A DNA stretch of 51,554 nt from positions 1-51,554 of the forward strand of contig JBBQSF010000003.1 of the NCBI GenBank assembly GCA_038214085.1, written 5' to 3'. A program made the translations under genes and the position numbers. The first letter of the stretch is position 1; each line of letters opens with the position of its first letter. Source of the stretch: Bacteroidales bacterium (GTDB taxonomy: Bacteria; Bacteroidota; Bacteroidia; Bacteroidales; CG2-30-32-10). Below are positions 27,849 to 37,692 of this stretch, piece after piece. Under the pieces are notes generated by a model. It searched no databases and was not told where the DNA came from. It worked only from the letters and a program-made list of their open reading frames with translations.

Positions 27849-27907
27849 TAATACCTATACTTAGTAAGAAATAGGCCAAAGATTATTTCTTGCTTAGTAG
27901 TATGGTA
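27849..27907 (+). repeat. 59-bp palindromic dispersed repeat, copy 2
   Basis: TAATACCTATACTTAGTAAGAAATAGGCCAAAGATTATTTCTTGCTTAGTAGTATGGTA, 57/59 identical to the reverse complement of 2031-2089. Confidence 0.85.
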
Positions 27908-28067
27908 TAAAATAATTCAACCAGATATTTGTCTTATAAAATCATTCGTTAAAAATGCAATAAATGAATTACTGTTGTCCGATAAAAAAATGCAAATGTG
28001 TGAAATATCAGGGTAAATCGGGTATTTCTAGTTTTTGTAAAAACAAAAGGTTGGTTTTTATGGTCTT

Positions 28068-28156
28068 GATGAATTGATTTTTATCAATTTATTTTGCCTC
28101 AATCCTAAAGGATGTAAATTGCTAATAATCAATTCATCCTTCAGGAACGAGGCAAA
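28068..28156. repeat. Inverted-repeat cluster with alternative pairings
   Basis: 28093-28114 pairs with 28135-28156 (19/22); 28068-28079 pairs perfectly with 28127-28138. Confidence 0.6.
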
Positions 28157-28240
28157 GGGAGAAAATAATAAATTTACACACTTTTGCTTAAATAATTTTT
28201 TATTGGACACTATTATAAATGAATAAAAAATTATATGGCT

Positions 28241-28435
28241 TTAGAATCTGTTTAAATTTTACCTAAAATTTTTATTATGTCCCGTCAATTCGAGTTTTTC
28301 TATCGTCGCTTCTCGATACCCGTATACATTTTTGTAATTGATTTTTTTTAGGAGCGGACTCGAAGTAACGATAGAAAAAGTATCGAGAATAGGGGCACAA
28401 TAATTTTATGTTTTAAAATTTAAACAACCTATTAA
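28241..28435. mobile_element. Putative MITE of about 195 bp carrying nested REP-like palindromes
   Basis: 13-bp perfect inverted repeat TGTTTAAATTTTA (28249-28261)/TAAAATTTAAACA (28414-28426) with TTA/TAA flanks, plus internal inverted repeats; no coding capacity. Confidence 0.6.
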
Positions 28436-29101
28436 GACAATGAAATTCTTCAGTTTCAAATTCCATTGGCAAAAGATAAATCAATAAAATATTTTATAAT
28501 GAAGCTGAAGAAATATTTAAAAAAAATCGAATAAACCCAAATTCAGGATTAGAAAATGCTGAATCGCAAAAGCATTTATAATCAAAGATTTATTGAATAA
28601 TCTTTGAGCAAATGCTAAGCGGGATTGCCCTCATGGAATCATTAGTTCATTTTTTCAAAATTCCTAATGATTAATTCGGGGTAAAATCAAACATTTATTA
28701 AATTGTTAAATTTGGAAAGTTTGAAAAACGCAGCCTAAATTAACATGCGAAGCTTGAGTTATTTATTAAAGATAGTTGTCTTTTTTATTTGTTTGCAACG
28801 CAAAAGTGGTTTCTTCCCTAGTCGTAATGTGCAATTAAAGTGCCCTCGAACTTCATAAGTTTAAACAATTTCATTTTTCAAAATTATTACTTCAAACTTG
28901 AAAAAAGACTTCCAATATACTAACTTCGCTTTTTTATTCGTTTTGAAATATACTGAATTTTGTCAGGTTTGTATGAGGGCTTCCAATCTATCGGCTAAGT
29001 TTTCAAAACAAAACTGCTTAGATTCAGTTTTACAGAAAAACTGTGCTGTATTTTTTTTTCGCACTTAAAAAAGTCGAAGTATAAATCACAAAACTACTAT
29101 C

Positions 29102-31438
29102 ATGACTGATAATAATGATGATCTGAATAAAAGGATTGACGAGCTCCTTAAGAAAGCTGATCTTTTTTTTACTGAGATCAATGAGATACGAACATTGATA
29201 AATACTGTAAAAACACAAAAGCAGGAAGAACCACAAGAGAGATATGCGGAGCCATTGCCTTTGCAACCCAATACTGTTGTTGAAAATAAACCATACATTC
29301 CCGTGGAGCCAATTAAAATTGAACCACAAATAATTCAACCGCCAGTTGCACCTGTTATCAATGTGTCGCCTGTGAACATTACGCCACAGAACTATCAGCA
29401 GAATTATCAAAAACGCAATAACAATATTGAAAAATTTATTGGTGAAAACCTTATCAATAAAATTGGGATCGTGATTCTGGTAATTGGCATTGGTTTTTTT
29501 GTGAAATATGCCATCGATAAAAACTGGATAAACGAATTTGCACGCACTGCTATTGGAGTAGTTTCAGGATTTTTGCTCATAGGATTCGGCTACATACTTA
29601 AAAAAAAATACAGAGCATTCAGCTCAGTGTTATGCGGTGGCGGAATTTCGGTGCTTTATTTTTCTATTTACATTGCTTTCAGACAGTACGAATTATTCAG
29701 CCAAACTGCTGCCTTTGGAATTTTTATTGCAATCACGGCGCTTGCGATAGTGTTGTCGCTTTGGTTCGATCGCATGGAACTTGCTATAATTGCCATTGCT
29801 GGCGGATTTTGCTCTCCTCTTATGGCAAGTACAGGTAATGGAAACTACATCGTTTTGTTTTCGTACCTTATCATTTTAAATTCCGGAATTTTATTTTTGG
29901 CATACAGAAAAAAATGGAGTGTGCTGAACATTATCAGCTTCGGATTTACCATCCTGTTTTTTGGAACATGGTTCATGTCGAACTTAGTGATTCGCAAGAT
30001 CGACCCTCCCGAAGGCGCATTTATTTTTGCCACTGCATTCTTTCTCTTGTTTTTTGCAATGAATATCATAAATACAATACGTGAAAAACGCAACTTCGGT
30101 GTGTTCGAAATTGTTATGCTTTCGCTGAATAATTTCTTTTACATTTTAGTCGGAATTACAGTGGTAAGATGGATTTCGAGCTACGACCTTCGGGGTGTTT
30201 TTGCTGCTTCGCTTGGCGTATTTAATCTTATATTTTGGTTCACTCTTTCCAAAAATCAGAATATCGATAAAGTATTTAAATATTTATTACTAGGGTTTGG
30301 CATTTCATTTATAAGTATTGCTGGTCCGCTTGAACTTCACGACAATTTTGTAACCCTGTTTTTTGCAACAGAATTTGTGCTGCTGTTCTGGATTGCAATA
30401 AAATCAAACTTAAAAATGCTTTTTACTTTTTCAACAGCAGTCCTTTTTATTGTGCTGGTAAGCCTTGCTATCGACTGGATGGTGATTTATAGTTTCACAT
30501 CAGCTGATGAATTGCCGGTGGTTTTTAATAAAGTATTTTTAACAGGATTGTTTGTAGTGGCTGCTGTACTTCTGAACGCCTTTATAAACAACCGTTACAA
30601 CAACTCCGATAGTTTTGGATTCTTTTATAAAAAAACCTACAATGCAATATTGACAGGTACTCTGATATATCTTTTCTTTTTTGTAATACAAACAGAACTT
30701 TCTTTTCAAATGACAAGATACATTTATGCCATTACTATTCGAAGCATTATTACCTATTCCTACATCAGCGCATATTTTTTATTGCTGCTGGTTTATTTTA
30801 GAAACAACAGAAAAAACTACATCCCTGTTATTCTGGCTGTGGTAGCGGTTTTTATTTCACTGCTGTATCCGTTTACATCGCATTCAAGCACAGTGATCAT
30901 AAGGAACTACAGCCTTTATGTTGATGCCGGAAGTATATGGGCCTTTTATTTTCACTATCTGAATCTGGCACTGATGGCGCTGAGTATGTATTTTGTTTAT
31001 TTCATAATAAAATCAAGAGCTTCGCAGAATAGTTTATTGCTCGTATTTTTTCAATGGTACGTGTGCATACTTGCTGTTTTTGCGGTGAGCACAGAAACGC
31101 ATCATATTTCCGTGCTGATAAATTATACTTCGCTTGAATCAATTCCTGTAATTTTAAAAATGACAAACAAAATGTCATTCTCGGTAATATGGGGGCTTAC
31201 TTCTTTTGTTTTTATGATTTTCGGGCTAAAGCAGAACATCCGTAACCTACGTATAATATCGCTTTCACTCTTTACATTGACACTGATAAAACTCTTTACT
31301 TTCGATATTATCGACATGTCGGCAGGTGCAAAAACCATTGCCTTTATTTGTCTGGGAATTATCCTGCTCACAGTTTCCTTCCTCTATCAGAAACTTAAGA
31401 AACTTATTTTCGAGGACGAGCAGGAAAATGCTGATTAA
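29102..31438 (+). CDS. DUF2339 family polytopic membrane protein
   Basis: N-terminal coiled coil and Pro-rich linker, EKFIGENLINKIG..GFFVKYAID.NWI, many TM helices and KLFTFD near the C-terminus. Confidence 0.88.
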   Translation: MTDNNDDLNKRIDELLKKADLFFTEINEIRTLINTVKTQKQEEPQERYAEPLPLQPNTVVENKPYIPVEPIKIEPQIIQPPVAPVINVSPVNITPQNYQQNYQKRNNNIEKFIGENLINKIGIVILVIGIGFFVKYAIDKNWINEFARTAIGVVSGFLLIGFGYILKKKYRAFSSVLCGGGISVLYFSIYIAFRQYELFSQTAAFGIFIAITALAIVLSLWFDRMELAIIAIAGGFCSPLMASTGNGNYIVLFSYLIILNSGILFLAYRKKWSVLNIISFGFTILFFGTWFMSNLVIRKIDPPEGAFIFATAFFLLFFAMNIINTIREKRNFGVFEIVMLSLNNFFYILVGITVVRWISSYDLRGVFAASLGVFNLIFWFTLSKNQNIDKVFKYLLLGFGISFISIAGPLELHDNFVTLFFATEFVLLFWIAIKSNLKMLFTFSTAVLFIVLVSLAIDWMVIYSFTSADELPVVFNKVFLTGLFVVAAVLLNAFINNRYNNSDSFGFFYKKTYNAILTGTLIYLFFFVIQTELSFQMTRYIYAITIRSIITYSYISAYFLLLLVYFRNNRKNYIPVILAVVAVFISLLYPFTSHSSTVIIRNYSLYVDAGSIWAFYFHYLNLALMALSMYFVYFIIKSRASQNSLLLVFFQWYVCILAVFAVSTETHHISVLINYTSLESIPVILKMTNKMSFSVIWGLTSFVFMIFGLKQNIRNLRIISLSLFTLTLIKLFTFDIIDMSAGAKTIAFICLGIILLTVSFLYQKLKKLIFEDEQENAD

Positions 31439-31508
31439 ACATTCCAAAAATTAAACTAATTTTACTGCCGTTTGATATAACAAGCAATTTTTTAAAAAGA
31501 ACAGCAAA

Positions 31509-31913
31509 ATGAAACATACACTGACTATAATGTTGATTGGTTTTTTACTTTTTTCCTGCGGATCAGGTAAAGAAAAAAGCATCACTTATATGAACAATGG
31601 ATTAACCAAGCTGTCAAAATCCGACAACAAGGGCGCAATTGAGGATTTTTCGAAAGTGATAAAAGAAGAACCATCCAATGCTGAAGCTTATTTTCAGCGT
31701 GCATGTTGCTATTTTAATTTAAAAGACACAACTAATTCTTTTTCCGATTATAATAAAGCAATCTCTCTTAAACCCGATTATGCTGATGCATATTACAACA
31801 GGGCTTTACTCAAAGATTACTTAAACGACAAGGAAGGTGCTTGTGCCGATTGGAAAAAAGCAATAAAACTTGGGAAATCAAATATAAAAGATTCATTTAC
31901 TTACTGCAGATAA
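31509..31913 (+). CDS. TPR-repeat lipoprotein
   Basis: Lipobox LLFSC; repeats AEAYFQRA, ADAYYNRA and GACADWKKAIKLG. Confidence 0.88.
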   Translation: MKHTLTIMLIGFLLFSCGSGKEKSITYMNNGLTKLSKSDNKGAIEDFSKVIKEEPSNAEAYFQRACCYFNLKDTTNSFSDYNKAISLKPDYADAYYNRALLKDYLNDKEGACADWKKAIKLGKSNIKDSFTYCR

Positions 31914-31914
31914 T

Positions 31915-32970
31915 ATGAAATTTAAAGTTGGAGATAAAGTTAGTTTTTTGAACGAGAAGCGAAGTGGGATAATTTCGAAAGTTCTGGGAAATAAAATGGT
32001 AATGGTTGCAATTGAAGATGGATTTGAAATTCCGGTTATTGAAACTGATCTGGTAAGTGATTTTTTTTATGTTGAGCAAGAAGTTCCGAAACCTAACGAA
32101 TCAGAAGAAACAGAAGATTTTCCTGAACGGTTTGAACTTGTTAATCCTTCGCAATCGAAATTAAAGCAGGGTTTTTACCTTTCGTTTATGCCCGATGACA
32201 TTCAAAGTAAAGGCGGCGGGAAAACGCATGTTTACCTTACCAATCATACCATTTTTGATGCATTGTTTTCTTATTCACTTGTGGTAAACGGTGAGTTTGT
32301 GTGTATCGACTTCGACAGGATCGACAGTGAAACAGCCATTAGGCTTTCTACAATAAGCAGCAGCGAATTTGATGCGTGGAAATCATTTTCCATTCAGGCC
32401 ATTCAATTTATCAAAGAATCTACTCAACATGCCGATCCTCTTTTGTGCGAAGTGAAGTTAAATGCTGTAAAATTTTATAAGGAAGATTCATATCAGCATA
32501 CTGATATTTTTGATTACCCCGCCATGTGTATTGTTCTGAAAAACAACAAAAATTCCGAACCTGAAATATGGGAAGACAAAGGCTGGAAAAATGTGAAAAC
32601 CGAACATAAACCCGGCCCTAAAATTATTGGACACATCAGCCAGTTAAACAAAACCTTTTCTTTTCCCGAAAAATATTTGATAAATAAAGATACAGCAGAA
32701 GTAGATCTGCACATCGAAGAATTGATAGATGATTATGCAGGAAAATCAAATCATGAATTGCTTACCATTCAAACGGAATATTTTGTAAAAATGCTTGAAG
32801 ATGCAATCAGTGCTAAATTGAAAAGTATTATTTTTATCCATGGTGTGGGAAATGGCAGTCTGAAACATATTTTGCACGAAAAATTAAAAAGCGATTATGG
32901 CTTTTTACGCTTTCAGGACGCTTCTATGGCTAAATACGGAATGGGCGCAACGGAGGTTATAGTAAGCTAA
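31915..32970 (+). CDS. DUF2027 / Smr (small MutS-related) domain protein
   Basis: GDKVSFLNE..EDGFEIPV N-terminus; C-terminal VDLHIEEL..IFIHGVGNGSLK..YGMGATEV. Confidence 0.88.
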   Translation: MKFKVGDKVSFLNEKRSGIISKVLGNKMVMVAIEDGFEIPVIETDLVSDFFYVEQEVPKPNESEETEDFPERFELVNPSQSKLKQGFYLSFMPDDIQSKGGGKTHVYLTNHTIFDALFSYSLVVNGEFVCIDFDRIDSETAIRLSTISSSEFDAWKSFSIQAIQFIKESTQHADPLLCEVKLNAVKFYKEDSYQHTDIFDYPAMCIVLKNNKNSEPEIWEDKGWKNVKTEHKPGPKIIGHISQLNKTFSFPEKYLINKDTAEVDLHIEELIDDYAGKSNHELLTIQTEYFVKMLEDAISAKLKSIIFIHGVGNGSLKHILHEKLKSDYGFLRFQDASMAKYGMGATEVIVS

Positions 32971-32981
32971 CGGAATAAAAA

Positions 32982-33959
32982 ATGCTATATCGGTTTTTTA
33001 ATACAAGCTCGTTGCTAACCATAATTTTGTTGGGAATATCTGTATTGGTTTTATGGTCGCCTGCATTTTTAGGAAATCATACTCAGGTTACTTACAACCC
33101 CGTATCTCCATTTTATAATTTTATTTTCAGGTATATTGGCTCACTCGAAATTCTCAGTGGATTTGTATGTGTTTTAATGATATTTTTTCAGGCCATTGTG
33201 CTAAATGGTGTTCTTGACGATTATGATATTTTGCCAAAGAACTCTTCAATGGCAGCATATGTTTTTGTGATTGTCGCCAGCGCACGAAACGAATTTATTT
33301 TTATGAGTCCCTTTGTTTTTTCGGGACTGTTTGTTATTCTGGCGCTCGGGCAAGTGTTTTCGATGTATGGAAAAAAAGATGCATTTGCTCCCGCATTTAA
33401 TTCAGGATTGTTTGTGGCGCTGGCATCCATGTTCTATTTCCCCGTAATAATTTTGTTTTTCCTTGTACTTATTTCATTTGTAATTTATAGGCAGTTTTTT
33501 TGGAGAGAATGGCTTATTTCGATCATGGGTCTGATACTGCCTTACCTTTTTCTGGCAAGCTATTATTTTTGGACGGATCAGCTCTACCTTAAACATTTAG
33601 AGTACATGAACGCGTTCAAATTCATTGATTTAAAAAATCTGATTTTCGACAAAATATTTTATTTTCAGGCAGGTTTTGTAGCGCTTCTATTGCTGATTTC
33701 CTTTTTCCGCTTGATTGTTGCATACAATGAAAAACAAATCAGGATACGCAAGGCTTATTCCATGCTGATTTGGTTTTTTCTTGTTTCAGTTTTTGCATTT
33801 CTATTTTCCGCAAATTATTCTTTTCCCGGGTTCTGGTTTTTAATTATTCCCGTTTCAGCGGTTGTGTCAGGTTACTTCCTGATAACTAAAAAAACCGGAT
33901 TTGCTGAAATTATGCTGATGCTGCTTTTTGCTTCGCTGATTATCGGTAGGCTGGTATAA
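32982..33959 (+). CDS. Conserved Bacteroidota membrane protein (DUF6427-like)
   Basis: Multiple TM helices with FNSGLFVALASMFYFP and WREWLISIMG..LPY motifs. Confidence 0.7.
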   Translation: MLYRFFNTSSLLTIILLGISVLVLWSPAFLGNHTQVTYNPVSPFYNFIFRYIGSLEILSGFVCVLMIFFQAIVLNGVLDDYDILPKNSSMAAYVFVIVASARNEFIFMSPFVFSGLFVILALGQVFSMYGKKDAFAPAFNSGLFVALASMFYFPVIILFFLVLISFVIYRQFFWREWLISIMGLILPYLFLASYYFWTDQLYLKHLEYMNAFKFIDLKNLIFDKIFYFQAGFVALLLLISFFRLIVAYNEKQIRIRKAYSMLIWFFLVSVFAFLFSANYSFPGFWFLIIPVSAVVSGYFLITKKTGFAEIMLMLLFASLIIGRLV

Positions 33960-34035
33960 ACTGTTAATAATTCCTCAAACATCAATTTAGGGAAATAAAT
34001 AAATAAGTTTATTTTTGTGCTTTAAATCTGCAGAT

Positions 34036-34737
34036 ATGAAATTTGGCGTTGTAATTTTCCCCGGATCAAACTGCGATCACGATATGATATACGTGCTCGG
34101 AAAAATCATGAACCAGCAGGTTGTTAAGCTCTGGCATAAGGATAAGGATTTACAGAATTGTGATTTTATTGTACTACCCGGTGGCTTTTCTTATGGCGAT
34201 TATCTTCGCTCTGGAGCAATTGCACGTTTTTCGCCTATCATGGAAAAAGTAATCGATTATGCCAATAATGGCGGTTTGCTTTTGGGAGTGTGTAACGGAT
34301 TTCAGATTCTCAGCGAAGCAGGACTTGTGCCAGGAGCATTGCTGCATAACAACAATCAGAAATTTATTTGTAAAAATATTTATATGTCGGCACAAACCAA
34401 TAACAGCCCTGTTACCAGTGCCATTGAAGTTGGCAAAGCACTGAAAATACCCGTGGCTCATGGCGAAGGACGTTATTACGCCGACGAAAAAACTATTCAG
34501 GAACTTGTTGTCAACGACCAGATTTTATTCAAATATTGCAGCGAAACAGGCATAGTGAACGATGACGCAAACCCGAACGGATCATTGCATAATATAGCCG
34601 GTGTTTGCAATAAAAACAGAAATGTATTTGGAATGATGCCGCATCCTGAGCGCGCCTCCGATAATGAATTATCCAACACCGATGGACGCCTGATTTTTGA
34701 ATCGGTATTAAAATCATGTGGCGTTCCGGTTTTATAA
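34036..34737 (+). CDS. purQ: FGAM synthase glutaminase subunit
   Basis: FPGSNCD, PGGFSYGDYLRSGA, GVCNGFQIL and GMMPHPER motifs. TATTTTTG at 34010-34017 supports the ATG at 34036. Confidence 0.97.
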   Translation: MKFGVVIFPGSNCDHDMIYVLGKIMNQQVVKLWHKDKDLQNCDFIVLPGGFSYGDYLRSGAIARFSPIMEKVIDYANNGGLLLGVCNGFQILSEAGLVPGALLHNNNQKFICKNIYMSAQTNNSPVTSAIEVGKALKIPVAHGEGRYYADEKTIQELVVNDQILFKYCSETGIVNDDANPNGSLHNIAGVCNKNRNVFGMMPHPERASDNELSNTDGRLIFESVLKSCGVPVL

Positions 34738-34751
34738 ATCATATTCCGGTT

Positions 34752-35843
34752 TTGAAAAAGAAAAAAATACTGTTTATTGTTGCACACAGACCGGGGCGAT
34801 CACCGGGACAACGCTTCAGGTTTGAACAGTATCTCAGCTATTTTGAACAATCCGGATTTGAATGTACTTATTCCTATATTATTTCTGAAAAAGACGACAC
34901 TATATTTTATTCCAAAGGGCATTATTTAAAAAAATTTTTGATATTGCTGAAAAGTATTTTTATACGTCTCAGTGATTTGAAAAAGGCACAGAATTTTGAT
35001 ATAATTTATATTTATCGCGAAGCTCTGATGCTGGGCAGTACATTGTTTGAAAGAAAATTCAAAAAAAAAGGAGTAAAAATAATTCTCGATTACGACGATG
35101 CAATATGGCTTCCCGATGTTTCAAATGCAAACTCGAATCTTTCGTGGCTCAAAAACCCTTTGAAAACAGTTACTATTGCCCGATTGTCAGATATGATTTT
35201 TGCAGGAAATAATTTTCTGGCAACATTTGCTAGAGCATACAACAGCAATGTAAAAGTGGTTCCAACTACTTTGGATACTTCAATTTATAATGCTACAATT
35301 CACGAAAAAAAAGCAAACAATGTTGTTTGTATTGGTTGGACAGGTTCTTTAACCACCCTGAAACATTTTGAGCTTGCGATTCCAATTTTTAAAGAACTCG
35401 CGAAAAAATATCCCGAAAAGTTACGCTTTAAAATGATTGCAGATATTCCGTTTGTTACAGATATTGTTTCGGTTGACTTTTGCAAATGGTCGCAGGAAAA
35501 TGAAGTAGTAGATCTCATGGATATTGATATCGGAATTATGCCGCTGCCCGATAACGACTGGGCAAAAGGTAAATGCGGATTTAAAGGATTGCAATACATG
35601 GCGCTTGGAATTCCCACTGTGATGTCGCCAGTGGGTGTAAATTCAGAAATTATTAACAATGGAATAAACGGATTTTTGGCAAGTTCTCATCAAGAATGGA
35701 TCGAACAACTTTCTAAGCTGATTGAATCAGAAGAGCTGCGACTACAACTTGGTGAAAACGGAAGGCAAACTGTGGAAGAAAAATTTTCGGTAAATGTCTG
35801 GCGCGACCAGTACATTGCATATTTTAATGAATTGCTGACCTGA
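34752..35843 (+). CDS. Glycosyltransferase family 4
   Basis: RFRFEQY, DYDDAIW, IGWTGS and DIGIMPL..KGKCGFKGLQYMALGIP motifs. Start is uncertain (TTG 34752 or ATG 34716). Confidence 0.88.
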   Translation: MKKKKILFIVAHRPGRSPGQRFRFEQYLSYFEQSGFECTYSYIISEKDDTIFYSKGHYLKKFLILLKSIFIRLSDLKKAQNFDIIYIYREALMLGSTLFERKFKKKGVKIILDYDDAIWLPDVSNANSNLSWLKNPLKTVTIARLSDMIFAGNNFLATFARAYNSNVKVVPTTLDTSIYNATIHEKKANNVVCIGWTGSLTTLKHFELAIPIFKELAKKYPEKLRFKMIADIPFVTDIVSVDFCKWSQENEVVDLMDIDIGIMPLPDNDWAKGKCGFKGLQYMALGIPTVMSPVGVNSEIINNGINGFLASSHQEWIEQLSKLIESEELRLQLGENGRQTVEEKFSVNVWRDQYIAYFNELLT

Positions 35844-36436
35844 TGCTGAAATCATATTATTCAGGAAATACTGTAGAAGCCGGTTGCGACGAAGCAGGGC
35901 GTGGATGTCTTGCCGGACCTGTGTTTGCGGCAGCAGTTATATTTAAACAGGAATTTTCTCATCCGCTGTTAAACGATTCCAAAAAACTATCTGAAAAAAA
36001 CAGGTTAATACTTAGAGAAATTATCCTTTCACAAGCAATTGCGTATGCTGTGGAACAAGTTGATAATATTAAGATCGATGAAATCAATATTCTTAATGCT
36101 TCATTCCTTGCTATGAATAACGCTGTAAAGCAACTTAAAGTGGTACCTGAACTTCTGCTAATTGACGGAAACCGGTTCAGGAATTCTTGTGCTATTCCGC
36201 ATGTGTGCATAATAAAGGGCGATGGCGAATATGCTTCAATAGCTGCTGCATCAATACTTGCAAAAACTTATCGCGACGAATATATGCTTGAAATTCATCA
36301 GATGTTTCCGCAATATCATTGGAATAAAAACAAAGGTTATGGTACCGCCGATCATTTGCAAGCCATTGCAGAATATGGAATCTGCGAACATCACCGCAAA
36401 TCATTTAACATGAATCCGCAATTGAAACTTTTCTGA
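35843..36436 (+). CDS. rnhB: Ribonuclease HII
   Basis: GCDEAGRGCLAGPV, NDSKKL, LIDGN, IAAASILAK and NKGYGT motifs. Confidence 0.97.
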   Translation: MLKSYYSGNTVEAGCDEAGRGCLAGPVFAAAVIFKQEFSHPLLNDSKKLSEKNRLILREIILSQAIAYAVEQVDNIKIDEINILNASFLAMNNAVKQLKVVPELLLIDGNRFRNSCAIPHVCIIKGDGEYASIAAASILAKTYRDEYMLEIHQMFPQYHWNKNKGYGTADHLQAIAEYGICEHHRKSFNMNPQLKLF

Positions 36437-36488
36437 AATTATATTTTAATCAATCTTTCAGCAGGCCAAATGCATTTTGAACTTAAAA

Positions 36489-37637
36489 TTACTCGTCTTT
36501 TTTGATTTCGACAAACTTTCCTTTAATATCAAAGCAAAGCTTAATAAGTTGTTTTGATCCTTCTTTTTTAATATTAACATAGTAAAAAGTTCCTTCTTCA
36601 GTTGAACTGTAAATGGCGTCCTTAATACTGTAGTTTTTATATTTCTGATTGATGTAGGTTTTGATAGGCGAGGGGAGCTCCTTAATGTTGACTTTTTCAA
36701 CCTGATCGGTAACCTTATCTTTTTCAGAGTTTTTGTTGTCCTCATTGATAAATGCATCCGCATCATTTTTGCTTGAAGCAGGAACCACTTTTTTGATAAA
36801 TTTTCCAGTAATTGTATAATACAATTCGAGTGTTCCCTGACCGACGCCTTCTTTTTTAATGAACAGATAATATGTGGATTGAGCAGGCTCTTCTATGAGT
36901 TGCGATACTTTTATTTTAGATCCTTTATAATTTTGCTTAAAGTGGTTAATAATCATTCCAGGAAGTTCTTTTTCAAGAATATCAGCTTTAGTATATATCC
37001 AGTTTCCCTCCCAGTCGAAAGCCGCATATTTTTTTTGCTGTTCCTCGGTATAAGTTGCCAAATAGGTAGTTGTATCCTGTTTCCAGGAAAGAATAGCTGC
37101 TTCCGGAGCTTTTAATTTGAAAGCGCTAAGTACTGCAGGTGGAATTTTTGCTGCGGTTGAATTGTTGCCGGAAGGAGTGGCAAAAAATGCATCAGGAACT
37201 TTCTGATTCAAAAGCGCTCCTTTTAAATCAAAAGTGATTTCTGCAAGTGCATCAACACCTTCTTTTTTAAGCGAAATATAATAATGGTCGTTTTCACCTG
37301 GCGTTTCGCGCATTGCCGATTCCTTTATTTTCGCATCTTTAAAATTTGCAGAAATATAGGTAATAATATCGCCAGGAAGTTCTTTGTAATCTATTTGATA
37401 AAGGGTTTCTGTGCATTTTCCCTCGGGAGTAAATACAGATTTTGTGGTCTGGTTATCGGTTTTGAAGGTGGCAATAAAATTCCCAGAAGATTTTGTCCAG
37501 ACCACTTTCCCTTGCGGTGTAAATTTTTCTTTAAAACTGTTTATTACCTGTGCAGGAAGTTCGCTTTCTTTGTATTCTTGAGAAAAAACGACAGATGAAG
37601 TTAAAACAATGAGAAAAAGTAGAATTGCTTTTTTCAT
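36489..37637 (-). CDS. Secreted PepSY-like (BLIP-fold) repeat protein
   Basis: Signal peptide from MKKAILL; about five repeats of (E/K)LP..(V/I)...(F/I)...F...G. Confidence 0.75.
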   Translation of the reverse strand: MKKAILLFLIVLTSSVVFSQEYKESELPAQVINSFKEKFTPQGKVVWTKSSGNFIATFKTDNQTTKSVFTPEGKCTETLYQIDYKELPGDIITYISANFKDAKIKESAMRETPGENDHYYISLKKEGVDALAEITFDLKGALLNQKVPDAFFATPSGNNSTAAKIPPAVLSAFKLKAPEAAILSWKQDTTTYLATYTEEQQKKYAAFDWEGNWIYTKADILEKELPGMIINHFKQNYKGSKIKVSQLIEEPAQSTYYLFIKKEGVGQGTLELYYTITGKFIKKVVPASSKNDADAFINEDNKNSEKDKVTDQVEKVNIKELPSPIKTYINQKYKNYSIKDAIYSSTEEGTFYYVNIKKEGSKQLIKLCFDIKGKFVEIKKDE

Positions 37638-37692
37638 ATTAATAGATTTAAAATGCAATAATACTAAAAATTAAGGTATAAAACAGTAAAAT

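Noticed and set aside
28436-28582. Broken frames (EILQFQIPL..., FYNEAEEIFKK...) faintly resembling a restriction-modification specificity subunit remnant
   Set aside because: Too short and low-complexity to support without a homology search.
29030-29410. 126-aa minus-strand ORF and similar short ORFs overlapping long genes throughout the window
   Set aside because: They lie antisense or out of frame within well-supported genes and have no recognisable motifs.
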